Assembly (NCBI GenBank): GCA_038215615.1
Contig: JBBQQR010000002.1
Span: forward strand, 1 to 64,000
DNA: 64,000 nt
Direction: 5' to 3'
From: Vulcanimicrobiales bacterium
Lineage (GTDB): Bacteria; Vulcanimicrobiota; Vulcanimicrobiia; Vulcanimicrobiales; Vulcanimicrobiaceae
This document shows, piece by piece, positions 13,431 to 22,574 of this stretch. The notes under the pieces were generated by a model that did not search any database, had not been told where the DNA came from, and worked only from the letters and a program-made list of their open reading frames with translations. Made by a program: the position numbers and the translations under genes. Within the stretch, counting starts at the first letter, position 1, and the number at the start of each line of letters is the position of its first letter.

Positions 13431-13458
13431 GCAAGGATGGCAGGGGGTGTTCTCGAAC
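13431..13458 (+). promoter_or_regulatory. Putative sigma-H-like promoter of bamA (AGG-N18-GAAC)
   Basis: GCAAGG, 18 nt, GAAC; same geometry as the site upstream of minC. Confidence 0.3.
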
Positions 13459-13554
13459 AGGCGGGGCGGGCCGAAACGGCGCGGGCGGCGGACGCGTTAC
13501 GGAGCTGACGCCACGAGCGTTAGACCACTCGTACTCTCAAGGAAGATATTGTTG

Positions 13555-15825
13555 ATGACCTCGAGCCTCCGGGGTGCGCGCGGCGTGCTCCAACGGTGTG
13601 CCGGCATCGTCCTCACACTGGCAACGATCGTTTCGCTGATGACGCCTACCCCTGCGATCTCCGCGACCGCGCCGCCGATCGTTTCGGTCGACGTCTCCGG
13701 AAACGTTCACGTGCCCACCGCGACGATCATGAACGTCATCGCGGCCAAGCCCGGCCAGGCCTACGATCCGAAGGTCGTGCAAGCCGACCTGCAGCGCATC
13801 TTCGCGCTGGGTTATTTTGCCGATCAGGCCGCGCCGCTGATCCGCCAGCGTCCCAACGGCATCGCGATCACCTACCGCGTGATCGAAAATCCGGTCATTA
13901 CGAAAATCAACTTTCAAGGAAACACGCACGTGCCGGCAGACACGCTGCTGGCGCTGATGGATACGTCGGTCGGCCAGGTGCTCAACACCAATACGATGCG
14001 GCAAGACTTCCTGAAGATCAACTCCTACTACGATCGCATCGGTTACGCCGGACAGCTGCCGTCGCACGTCACGAACCTCGACATCAGCAGTCAAACTGGG
14101 GCGGTCACCCTCGACATCAAGGAAGGCCTGACGATCACGGCCGTCAAGATCGGCGGCGACCCGGTGCTTCCGCCTAACTTGATTCTGCCGGTGCTCAACG
14201 TCAAGCCCGGCGTCGAGTATTCCGACGCGCTGCGCGATAAAGATTATCAGGCGCTGCAGACGCTCTACCAAGACAAGTTCAACTTGATCCTCGGCGGTTT
14301 TGAGGGTGGCATTGATGCCACCACCGTCGATCCGAAAGCCGGAACCGCCGCGGTGACCTACGATATCTATGTCGCGCGGGTCGGTTTGGTTCAAGTCACA
14401 GGCAACACGAAGACGAAGGACCAGGTCGTCCGGCGTCAGCTCGCGCTTCAGCCGGGAATGATCGTGACGAAGGCCGGCGTGCAGCGCGATTTGGAACGCT
14501 TGAACAACACGCAGTTCTTTTCGAAAGTCGACGTCAATCCCAAACCGTGTCCCGACGAAATGCAGAAAAAAGATCCGGGTTGCGTCGTTCTCGACTGGGT
14601 GGTCGTCGAGCAGAAGACCGCGCAGGCTTCGATCGGCGCGGGCTATTCGGGCGGCATCACGGGTCAAGGCCTGTACGGGACGGTCGGGTACAGCGACAAC
14701 AATCTGCACGGCACGGGCAACGGAGCGAGCTTCCAGTTTGAGCGCGGATCGCGCAGCTATGTCACGCAAGCGTCGATCACGATTCCCTACGTCGGCAACT
14801 CTGCCAAATCTCAGCGTTATAGTTTCGGCGCGACCATCTTTGCCAACGGCAACACGTATTTCTATCCAGTCTATACAACGGCCGTCGGCAACGCCGCGAC
14901 CGATCCGACGCAGCCCATTCCGGTAACGCTGCTGCCTTCCAACAATGCGGCGCTGCTCAGCGGCGTGGTTGCGACGAGCACCGCGAAGACCGCGGGCGTC
15001 TCGGTGAACGTGGGACGGCGCTTATCCGAGACGCTGCTGGCGCAGATCGGCATCAATGCGGAAAACGTGACGAACAGCACCACAGTGCCGTCGCCGTTTT
15101 TCTTCCAGTCGAGTCAGCCGAACATCATCGTCGGGCCGACGCCCGGACCGCTCAGCAACTTGACTGCGAACACGGGGAGCTTCGGCATTCAAGCGTCTTC
15201 GATCGCGAACATCAACACCGGACAGCCGTACCGCCTGAACTCGCTCTCGTTCTCGCTGGGATCGATCCCGGCCGCGACGCTCGACGACATCTTCAATCCG
15301 CGCCGCGGTGGAACGGTCTCGTTCAGCGAGACGGTCTCGACGCCGGCGATCGGGTCGAACTTCTCGTTCACCCAAAGCACGGTGGATGCGACCAGGTTCT
15401 TCCCGATTCTCAAGGACTCGACATTCGGTCTGCACGGTCAAGTGCGCGCCTCGACGGGTGCGATTCCGCCGAGCGCACTGTTCACGTTCTCCGATCAAAA
15501 CTTGCGCGGATACGACAGCGTCTACTACGGCACGGATACGGTGCTCGGACAGATCGAACTGCGCAAGCCGGTCACGGCCGACCGGAAATTCTCGGTCGCA
15601 GTCTTTGCGGATGAAGGCGGCTGGCGCGTGCGCGGTGCGGCTCCGCTGCTCGATCCCTACACGAACAGAATCATCGGATTCCCCGGTAACTGGTCGTACC
15701 TTGGTGATGTCGGCTTCGGATTGCGTTTCGACGTACCGCAGCTCGGCCTGCATACGATTCGTATCGACTTCGCGAAAGGTTCTAACGGCAATCACACCAG
15801 CTTCGGCATAGGCCAAAGCTTCTAG
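13555..15825 (+). CDS. bamA: Omp85/BamA outer-membrane protein assembly factor (about 3 POTRA domains plus barrel)
   Basis: Signal peptide; POTRA motifs (SGNVHV...DLQRIFALGYF, TGNTKTKDQVVRR); LRGY lid-lock motif; C-terminal FGIGQSF. Confidence 0.93.
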   Translation: MTSSLRGARGVLQRCAGIVLTLATIVSLMTPTPAISATAPPIVSVDVSGNVHVPTATIMNVIAAKPGQAYDPKVVQADLQRIFALGYFADQAAPLIRQRPNGIAITYRVIENPVITKINFQGNTHVPADTLLALMDTSVGQVLNTNTMRQDFLKINSYYDRIGYAGQLPSHVTNLDISSQTGAVTLDIKEGLTITAVKIGGDPVLPPNLILPVLNVKPGVEYSDALRDKDYQALQTLYQDKFNLILGGFEGGIDATTVDPKAGTAAVTYDIYVARVGLVQVTGNTKTKDQVVRRQLALQPGMIVTKAGVQRDLERLNNTQFFSKVDVNPKPCPDEMQKKDPGCVVLDWVVVEQKTAQASIGAGYSGGITGQGLYGTVGYSDNNLHGTGNGASFQFERGSRSYVTQASITIPYVGNSAKSQRYSFGATIFANGNTYFYPVYTTAVGNAATDPTQPIPVTLLPSNNAALLSGVVATSTAKTAGVSVNVGRRLSETLLAQIGINAENVTNSTTVPSPFFFQSSQPNIIVGPTPGPLSNLTANTGSFGIQASSIANINTGQPYRLNSLSFSLGSIPAATLDDIFNPRRGGTVSFSETVSTPAIGSNFSFTQSTVDATRFFPILKDSTFGLHGQVRASTGAIPPSALFTFSDQNLRGYDSVYYGTDTVLGQIELRKPVTADRKFSVAVFADEGGWRVRGAAPLLDPYTNRIIGFPGNWSYLGDVGFGLRFDVPQLGLHTIRIDFAKGSNGNHTSFGIGQSF

Positions 15826-15830
15826 GAGCT

Positions 15831-16634
15831 ATGAAGAGTACATCAGCAATAGTATTAGCGGCAGCCGCGCTCGTGGCGCTGCTCGCCGCCCCGGCCGCCA
15901 TCGCGGCGGATCTCACCGACGTCGGCTATTTAGATCAAGCCGCGGTCGGCGCACTTCCGCAGTTCCAGCGTGCGAACGCGGAAGTGAATCAGTATAAGGC
16001 CCAACTCGATCCGCAATTTGCCGCCGCGATGAAGAGGGCGCGCAACGACGCCGACCGCCAGCGTATTCAGGGAGATTTTCAACAGAAGTTCCTCGATAAG
16101 CAGCGCCAGGTACTCGGACCGCTTTTCGCGCGCGCGCAGACGGCGATCGCGCAGATCGCGTCCAACCAGCGCCTGTCGGTCGTGGTCGACAAACGCATTG
16201 TCGTATTCGGCGGCCAGAACATCACCAAGAGCGTGGTCGATCTCGTCAATGGCCCGGGGCCCGTCGTTCCGCCGGCGAGTACGCCGCCGCCCGCCGTGAT
16301 CGGCTTCGTCGATCAGTCGCAGATCGATCAGCTGCCGAAGATCAAAGCGGCCAACGATAACTTCTTGAAATTTGCCGGCGACGCTCGTCAAGGCGCCATG
16401 CAAAAAATGCAGGCCGCCAAGAACAATCAGCAGCAGCAACAGCAAATCTTCCAGCAATATCAAAAATCGCTCACCGACGAGCAGAACCGCACGCTCAAGC
16501 CGCTGGTCGATCAGACGCGCAGCGCCATGGCGACCGTCGCAAACCAAAAGCATTTGATCCTCGTGATTGACCGGGCGGACATTATCTACGGCGGCGCGGA
16601 CATCACAGCCGATGTCCAAAATGCGCTCAAGTAG
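15831..16634 (+). CDS. OmpH/Skp-like chaperone with two tandem OmpH domains
   Basis: Signal peptide; two repeats (VGYLDQ...VVFGGQNIT and IGFVDQ...IIYGGADIT) joined by a Pro linker. Confidence 0.85.
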   Translation: MKSTSAIVLAAAALVALLAAPAAIAADLTDVGYLDQAAVGALPQFQRANAEVNQYKAQLDPQFAAAMKRARNDADRQRIQGDFQQKFLDKQRQVLGPLFARAQTAIAQIASNQRLSVVVDKRIVVFGGQNITKSVVDLVNGPGPVVPPASTPPPAVIGFVDQSQIDQLPKIKAANDNFLKFAGDARQGAMQKMQAAKNNQQQQQQIFQQYQKSLTDEQNRTLKPLVDQTRSAMATVANQKHLILVIDRADIIYGGADITADVQNALK

Positions 16635-17922
16635 GACTCTCTTCGCAGGGTTAGCGGCAGCGATCGTCATGCTTGCGGGATGCGCGCAGCAGCGCGCTGA
16701 CGATCCGAACGTACGCGGCATCGGATACGTGCGCATGGAAGAAGTGCTCAAGAAACACCCGCTCTATCCGCAGCTGGCGCAGATCGACGACTCGATCGAC
16801 GCCCTGGGCCTGCATTCGCTCGGTGCCGGCGCCGTGCCCCACACGGGCAAGCAGATCGCCGTGCAGACCAAAGAACTCAACGCCGAGCTGAAAGCCGCGC
16901 AAGATCGCGCTAACGTCATTTTGCGGCAGAAGCAGCTGGATTACGCGCAGCGCGAGCAAGCCGCGATCTCAGCCGCGTTGGCCGCCGCCGGCGCCGGAAC
17001 GAACGGCGCGCAGAGCGCGCAGGCGATGCAGAGCATTTCGGCGTCGCAAGCACAGCAAGTGACGGCGCAAGCCAACAACGATTTCACGCAGTACCAGCAG
17101 AGCGTTATCGCGCAGTCCAATGCAGCGCTGCAATCGATTGGGGCGCAGCTGAGCGCGCGAGCGGATCGCGCCTTCGGCCAGCGTGCGACGCAGCTGCAAG
17201 AGCGCGAATCGCAGCTCTCCCTCGAACTTTCGCAGGCCGATGCCAACAAGCGGCTGCAGCTGCGCATGAAGCTCAACGGCTTGGCTCTGCCCGACGCGAC
17301 GCGCAAAGAATACCGCGATGAACTCGCCGCGCTCGACCGGCGCGAAGCTCTGGCGGTAAACGCTCAGCGCGCCCGCGATCAGCAGACGCTGGCGGCTTAC
17401 CGCACGCAGCTCAACGGCCAGGTGCGCGGTGAAATGGCTGCTCAGTCGGCGAAGATTCACTCCGATACGCAAGCCAAACTGCAGACACGGCGCAACGAAG
17501 TTTCTCAAACGGTGTCCTCGCAGCTGCAAGGCCTGCGGCCGGCGGCGGTGCCTTCCAACCTGCCGGCCGCGACGCGCGACCGCCTCGCGCAAATAGACAA
17601 GACGTTCAAGGCGCAGTTTCAGGCCGACGCGCAAAAGACGATCGCGCAATACCAGGCGACCAAGGCCGAGCTCGATGCCAAGTACGCCGAGCTGCAGGGT
17701 GCGGACTCGGCGGCAACGGGCGCCGCGAATAGCCAATTGGGGCAGCTGCAGCGCGAACGGGATGATCTCTATAATAAAATGGTGGAACAGATACGGCGTG
17801 ACGCCGGAACAGTGGCGGCGAAACGCGGATTGCAGGTCGTGCTCGTCAATATCGAAGCCGCGCCGGGCGGCATCGATCTGACCAACGACGTTGAAAAGGA
17901 CATCGAGAGTTTACACGAGTGA
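16621..17922 (+). CDS. OmpH-like lipoprotein with long coiled-coil insertion
   Basis: Lipobox LAGC; IGYVRMEEVLKKHP start; Gln/Ala coiled coil; AAKRGLQVVL...GIDLT end. Confidence 0.7.
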   Translation: MRSSRTLFAGLAAAIVMLAGCAQQRADDPNVRGIGYVRMEEVLKKHPLYPQLAQIDDSIDALGLHSLGAGAVPHTGKQIAVQTKELNAELKAAQDRANVILRQKQLDYAQREQAAISAALAAAGAGTNGAQSAQAMQSISASQAQQVTAQANNDFTQYQQSVIAQSNAALQSIGAQLSARADRAFGQRATQLQERESQLSLELSQADANKRLQLRMKLNGLALPDATRKEYRDELAALDRREALAVNAQRARDQQTLAAYRTQLNGQVRGEMAAQSAKIHSDTQAKLQTRRNEVSQTVSSQLQGLRPAAVPSNLPAATRDRLAQIDKTFKAQFQADAQKTIAQYQATKAELDAKYAELQGADSAATGAANSQLGQLQRERDDLYNKMVEQIRRDAGTVAAKRGLQVVLVNIEAAPGGIDLTNDVEKDIESLHE

Positions 17923-18323
17923 AAAAACAGATTGTCTTCGTCGCCGCTCTGGGAGCGGCCACCCTCGCCGGCTGTGCCGGATCCACAAGCCCGATCGGCT
18001 TGGTCGACGTGCAACGGCTGACCGCGAATTGGCCGGTCTACACGAACGCGCAGAATCAGCTCGTGGCCGACCAGCGCGCCATCGCCGCAAGCAAGGGTTC
18101 CAACGCCGACAAACAGCGTCAGGTCGTGGCGTTGCAGCAGCGCTATTCGCAAATCTCCAACCAACTCGTTTCGCAGGTTCGCGCGGCAACGGCAAAAGTG
18201 GCCGGGCAAAAGCAGTTGAAGCTGGTCGTGACGCGCGAGTTCGTCGGATACGGTGGTACCGATATCACCGGCGACGTTGAAAAGCTGCTCGGCATCACCG
18301 AAAAACCGACGCCTTCGCCATAG
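17919..18323 (+). CDS. Short OmpH-like lipoprotein
   Basis: Lipobox LAGC; IGLVDVQRL...VGYGGTDIT. Confidence 0.75.
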   Translation: MKKQIVFVAALGAATLAGCAGSTSPIGLVDVQRLTANWPVYTNAQNQLVADQRAIAASKGSNADKQRQVVALQQRYSQISNQLVSQVRAATAKVAGQKQLKLVVTREFVGYGGTDITGDVEKLLGITEKPTPSP

Positions 18324-19345
18324 TGCTTGGAACGCTCGGCCAGCTGGCGCAGCGGCTCGGCGGCCGTGCGATTGGCGACGACACGTTCCACGTTTCGCGC
18401 ATTGCGGCGATCGACGACGCGGACTCCGAGACGCTCACGTTTGCTACGACGCCGTCCTATTTAGAAGAGGCGCTGAAATCGCGCGCCGGCGCCGTCCTCG
18501 TCGAGGAATCGTTGCTGGCACCTGAGTTGACGGAACGTCCCCGCAAACCGCTGGTCGCGGTACCTAACGCGCGCGCCGCGCTCGCGGCACTGCTCCAAAC
18601 CTTCGAACGTCCGCGTAAGACGGGCCCGTTCCGCCATCCGTCGGCATCGGTGGAGGCCGACGCGGTCGTGGGATCCGATGTATACATCGGCGCGCACGCC
18701 GTCGTCAGCTCGGGAGCGCGCATCGGCGCCCGCACCGTGCTCGAGGCCGGAGCCTACGTCGGCGCGCAGGCCACCATCGGTGACGGCGCCCTTCTGCATC
18801 CGCATTCGACGGTGCTCGACGGATGCACCATCGGCGATCGCGTGATTCTGCACAGCGGATCCGTGATCGGTTCGGATGGCTTCGGCTACGTTTTCATCGA
18901 CGGAAAATTTGAGAAGATCCCGCAAGTCGGTAATGTGGTGATCGGCAGCGATGTCGAGATCGGCGCGAATACGTGCGTCGACCGCGCGCAAACGGGCAGC
19001 ACGCACATCGGCGACGGAACGAAGATCGACAATCTGTGCCAGATCGGTCACAACTGCCGCATAGGCAAACACTGCGGCATCGCCGCGGAAGCGGGTCTGG
19101 CGGGCAGCACGATTCTGGGAGATTACGTTCTGGTCGGCGGCAAGGCCGGATTCTCCGGGCATCTCACGGTCGGATCGCGCGCGAGAATCGGCGGCGGCAG
19201 CCAGGTTTGGAAAGACGTACCCGAAGGCGCTTTTTACAGCGGCGTTCCGGCTCGTCCGCACGACCAGCAAATGCGTCGAGAGGTCATGATTCGCAACCTG
19301 GCTAAGCTCGTCGCCCGTGTCGACGCGCTCGAAAAACGTCAGTGA
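18323..19345 (+). CDS. lpxD: UDP-3-O-acyl-glucosamine N-acyltransferase
   Basis: Hexapeptide repeats; GSDGFGY, KIPQVG, KIDNLCQIGHN. Confidence 0.97.
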   Translation: MLGTLGQLAQRLGGRAIGDDTFHVSRIAAIDDADSETLTFATTPSYLEEALKSRAGAVLVEESLLAPELTERPRKPLVAVPNARAALAALLQTFERPRKTGPFRHPSASVEADAVVGSDVYIGAHAVVSSGARIGARTVLEAGAYVGAQATIGDGALLHPHSTVLDGCTIGDRVILHSGSVIGSDGFGYVFIDGKFEKIPQVGNVVIGSDVEIGANTCVDRAQTGSTHIGDGTKIDNLCQIGHNCRIGKHCGIAAEAGLAGSTILGDYVLVGGKAGFSGHLTVGSRARIGGGSQVWKDVPEGAFYSGVPARPHDQQMRREVMIRNLAKLVARVDALEKRQ

Positions 19346-20184
19346 CGCACTACCAAACCACGCTGCGTGAACCCCTCGCCTTTGAAGGCGTAGGTTTGCA
19401 TTCGGGCGCTCCCTGCCGAGTCGAAATTCGGCCCGCGGCTCCCGGCACGGGATTCCGCTTTGTGAGCTCGGGTGTCGAGATACCGGCGCTCGCAGAATAC
19501 GTCGTGGAAACCGCGCGCGCGACGGTTATCGGTAAAGACGGCGTCACCATTTCGACGGTCGAGCACCTGCTGGCCGCACTCTTCGGAATGGGTGTTTCAA
19601 ACGCGGAGCTGGCGGTGGACGGTCCGGAGATTCCGGTTGCCGACGGCAGCGCAAAAGTTTTCGCCGAAGCGATCGCCGCTGCCGGCATTGCAACCCAGCG
19701 CGAAGCGCGCGAAACTTTTGTTCCGGCGTCCCCCGCGTTCGCGCGTGACGGCGATCGCGTGGTGACGGTTCTGCCGGCCGGCGCGCTGCGCGTGAAGTTC
19801 GTCGGGGATTACGCGCCGCCGATCGGAACGCAATATTTCGACGGCGAGATCGATCCCGAAATGTTCCTCAAAGAGATCGCCGGCGCACGCACGTTCGGCT
19901 ACGTTCACGAAGTCGAAGCGTTGCTCAAGCGCGGCCTCGCCAAAGGCGGAACGCTGGAGAACGCGCTCGTCTTTGCGCCCAACGGTCCACTGCAGCCGCT
20001 GCGTTGGGAAAACGAGCCGGTTCGCCACAAGGTACTGGACTTGCTCGGAGACTTCGCGCTGCTCGGCGCCTGGCCGCAGTGCGAGGTCGTTGCGATCAAG
20101 AGCGGTCACAAACTGCACTGCATCATGACGCAACAGCTGCGCAGGCAAATCGGCGGCAGGCTTTCCGCGAAAGCGAGCTCGTAG
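19342..20184 (+). CDS. lpxC: UDP-3-O-acyl-GlcNAc deacetylase
   Basis: Motifs GVGLHSG, TVEHLLAAL, ARTFG, HKVLDLLGD and KSGH. Confidence 0.97.
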   Translation: MTHYQTTLREPLAFEGVGLHSGAPCRVEIRPAAPGTGFRFVSSGVEIPALAEYVVETARATVIGKDGVTISTVEHLLAALFGMGVSNAELAVDGPEIPVADGSAKVFAEAIAAAGIATQREARETFVPASPAFARDGDRVVTVLPAGALRVKFVGDYAPPIGTQYFDGEIDPEMFLKEIAGARTFGYVHEVEALLKRGLAKGGTLENALVFAPNGPLQPLRWENEPVRHKVLDLLGDFALLGAWPQCEVVAIKSGHKLHCIMTQQLRRQIGGRLSAKASS

Positions 20185-20657
20185 TGGCCGAACTCGACAT
20201 CCGGCAGATCATGGAGATACTGCCGCACCGCTATCCGCTGCTGCTCGTCGATCGCATCCTGGAATTGGAAGCCGGCGTGCGCGCGCGCGGCTATAAGAAC
20301 ATCACAAATAACGAACCGGTCTTCACCGGTCACTTTCCGGGGAACCCGGTGCTGCCCGGCGTTTACATGATCGAAGCGCTGGCGCAACTCGGCGGGTGCG
20401 TCGTCCTCGAACCCGGCGAGTTTTCGCGCAAGATACCGTACTTGGCCGGGATCGATCGCGCAAAGTTTCGTCGTCCGGTGATTCCCGGAGACTGCTTCAT
20501 GATGGAAGCGACCCTAATCAAGCACAAGCGCAACATCGGTTGGGTGCAGGCGGAAGGGCGCGTCGGCGACGAGTTCGCCGTATCGGCCGTGCTAACGTTT
20601 TCGATCTCTTCGGATCCCCGGCTGCGCGGTTATGATGCAGCCGTCTTGCACGTCTAA
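20184..20657 (+). CDS. fabZ: 3-hydroxyacyl-ACP dehydratase
   Basis: LPHRYPLLLVDRI and GHFPGNPVLPGVYMIEALAQ; the GTG overlaps the lpxC stop. Confidence 0.97.
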   Translation: MAELDIRQIMEILPHRYPLLLVDRILELEAGVRARGYKNITNNEPVFTGHFPGNPVLPGVYMIEALAQLGGCVVLEPGEFSRKIPYLAGIDRAKFRRPVIPGDCFMMEATLIKHKRNIGWVQAEGRVGDEFAVSAVLTFSISSDPRLRGYDAAVLHV

Positions 20658-20666
20658 GGCCGGCGC

Positions 20667-21437
20667 TTGATCCACCCAACCGCGATCGTTCACCCGAACG
20701 CGAACGTTGACCGCGGCGTTGAGATCGGACCGTTTTGCATCGTGGGTGAAAACGTTTCTCTTGGGCGCGGATCGGTGCTGCAGTCGCACGTCGTTGTCAA
20801 CGGATGGACGACGATCGGCGAAGACTGTAAGATCTTCCCGTTTGCGACGATTGGCGCGCCGTCGCAGGACAAGAAATATCAGGGCGAGCGCGCCTACACG
20901 CGGATCGGCAGCCGGACGACGGTGCGCGAATACGTCAGTATCCAGCGCGCCACGGGCGAAGATCAGGTAACGTCGGTTGGCGACGACTGCTTGTTCCTGG
21001 CCTACGTGCACATCGCGCACAACTGCGTCGTCGGCAACAGCGTGACGATGAGCAACCTCGCGCAACTGGCCGGGCATTGCATCATCGAAGACAACGCGCT
21101 GATCGGCGGCATGACGGCGCTGCATCAGTTTACGCGCGTCGGATCCTATGCCATGGTCGGCGGCGCGAGCCGCCTTACGCGCGACGTACCGCCGTTTTTT
21201 TTGGTGGCGGGAAATCCGGCCGAACCGTACGGTCTCAACAGCGTCGGATTGCGGCGCGCCGAGTTCTCGGCCGACGACCGCGCCGAGATCAAGAAATTCT
21301 ACAAGATCCTGTACGGGTCGAAATTGAATCTTTCACAGGCAATCGAGACGATGAAGGCCGAGGCTGCGACCGAGTCGGGCAAACACATCATCGCGTTCTT
21401 GGAAGCCGACTCTCAGCAAGGCATTCTCCTGAAGTGA
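20667..21437 (+). CDS. lpxA: UDP-GlcNAc O-acyltransferase
   Basis: IHPTAIV, QDKKY, HIAHNC, LAGH, HQF, GLNSVGLRR. Confidence 0.97.
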   Translation: MIHPTAIVHPNANVDRGVEIGPFCIVGENVSLGRGSVLQSHVVVNGWTTIGEDCKIFPFATIGAPSQDKKYQGERAYTRIGSRTTVREYVSIQRATGEDQVTSVGDDCLFLAYVHIAHNCVVGNSVTMSNLAQLAGHCIIEDNALIGGMTALHQFTRVGSYAMVGGASRLTRDVPPFFLVAGNPAEPYGLNSVGLRRAEFSADDRAEIKKFYKILYGSKLNLSQAIETMKAEAATESGKHIIAFLEADSQQGILLK

Positions 21438-21458
21438 GGAGCCGGCCGGGCTCCTAAT

Positions 21459-22574
21459 ATGCGCTATTTTTTCTCGACCGGCGAAGCCTCGGGAGAACTG
21501 ACGGCCGTCGCGCTGGCCGAAGCGATCGCGCGGCTCGATCCGGACGCGCGATTCGAGGGAATCGGATCGGACCGCATGCGCGCGTCGGGCTTTACGGTCC
21601 GGCAAGATAACGGCGGATGGGCGAGCATGGGGCCGCTGGCGGCGATTCCGCGTATTCCCAAACTGCTGGCGATCGGTTTGCGCATTGCGATGCAACTCGT
21701 GCTCTCGCCGCCCGATCTCGTGGTGCTGGTCGACTTCGGCGCATTTAACGTTCGGCTTGCTAAAGTTTTACGCGCGCTCGGATTTCGTAAGCCCATTATC
21801 GATCTCTATCCGCCCGGAACGTGGCTCGACGATCCCAAACGTGCTAAAGACGTCGCGCGAGTCGCCACTCCTCTAACCGCGTTCGCGCACCAGCGTGATT
21901 TTTTTGCGGCGCTCGGATTGCCGATCGCCTACTTCGGACATCCCTTGGCTTCGCGTTACGCGATGCGCCCGCTGCGCTCGGCGCCTCCCTCCGACGGCGG
22001 CACGGTTGCGATTTTACCGGGCAGCCGTCCGGGCGAACTGACATTTCACGTTCCGCTCCTGCTGCGCGCGTTTGCGCTCTTGAAAGCCAAGCGTCCGCGC
22101 CTGCGCGCCGTTGCCGGCCCGGCGGATGAACGCGGCAAACAGTACATAAAGGATGCCGCGGCTCGCGAAGGCATTGCGGATCTTTCCTTCGCACCCGGAA
22201 CGGGCACCGCGATCGGAGACGCCGACGCGGCGTGGGTGTCGTCCGGGACCGCGGTGCTCGAGTGCGCGCTCTCGGGCGTACCGGTCGTGGCGCTCTACGT
22301 CGTGTCGCGGCGTTTGGAAGGCTACGCGCAGCGTCTGCGCGCCGGCCGCTTCGTGACGCTTCCGAATCTGGTCATGCGCAGGGAGATCGTGCCCGAACTG
22401 CTGCAAGAGCTGGCGACGCCCGAAGGTTTGGCTCGGGAAATGGACGCGCTGCTGCGCGATCCGTCAGAGCAGTATGCTGAGTTTTCCGCGCTGCGCGAAG
22501 CGCTCGGCCCGCCCGACGCCATCGAGCGCTGCGCGGCCTTTGCCTTCGAGCTGGCGAAGAGCGGAACGGGCTGA
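21459..22574 (+). CDS. lpxB: Lipid-A-disaccharide synthase
   Basis: GEASGE, VDFGAFN, GHPL, LPGSR, SGTAVLE, LPNL, PELLQ. Confidence 0.92.
   Translation: MRYFFSTGEASGELTAVALAEAIARLDPDARFEGIGSDRMRASGFTVRQDNGGWASMGPLAAIPRIPKLLAIGLRIAMQLVLSPPDLVVLVDFGAFNVRLAKVLRALGFRKPIIDLYPPGTWLDDPKRAKDVARVATPLTAFAHQRDFFAALGLPIAYFGHPLASRYAMRPLRSAPPSDGGTVAILPGSRPGELTFHVPLLLRAFALLKAKRPRLRAVAGPADERGKQYIKDAAAREGIADLSFAPGTGTAIGDADAAWVSSGTAVLECALSGVPVVALYVVSRRLEGYAQRLRAGRFVTLPNLVMRREIVPELLQELATPEGLAREMDALLRDPSEQYAEFSALREALGPPDAIERCAAFAFELAKSGTG

Noticed and set aside
10077..15816. Long antisense ORFs (e.g. 10077-11393, 13537-14769; likewise 52212-53531, 60204-61199)
   Set aside because: Shadow frames of high-GC coding genes, with no motifs.
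16428..16445. CAG/CAA microsatellite
   Set aside because: Ordinary poly-Gln in the OmpH coiled coil, with mixed codons.
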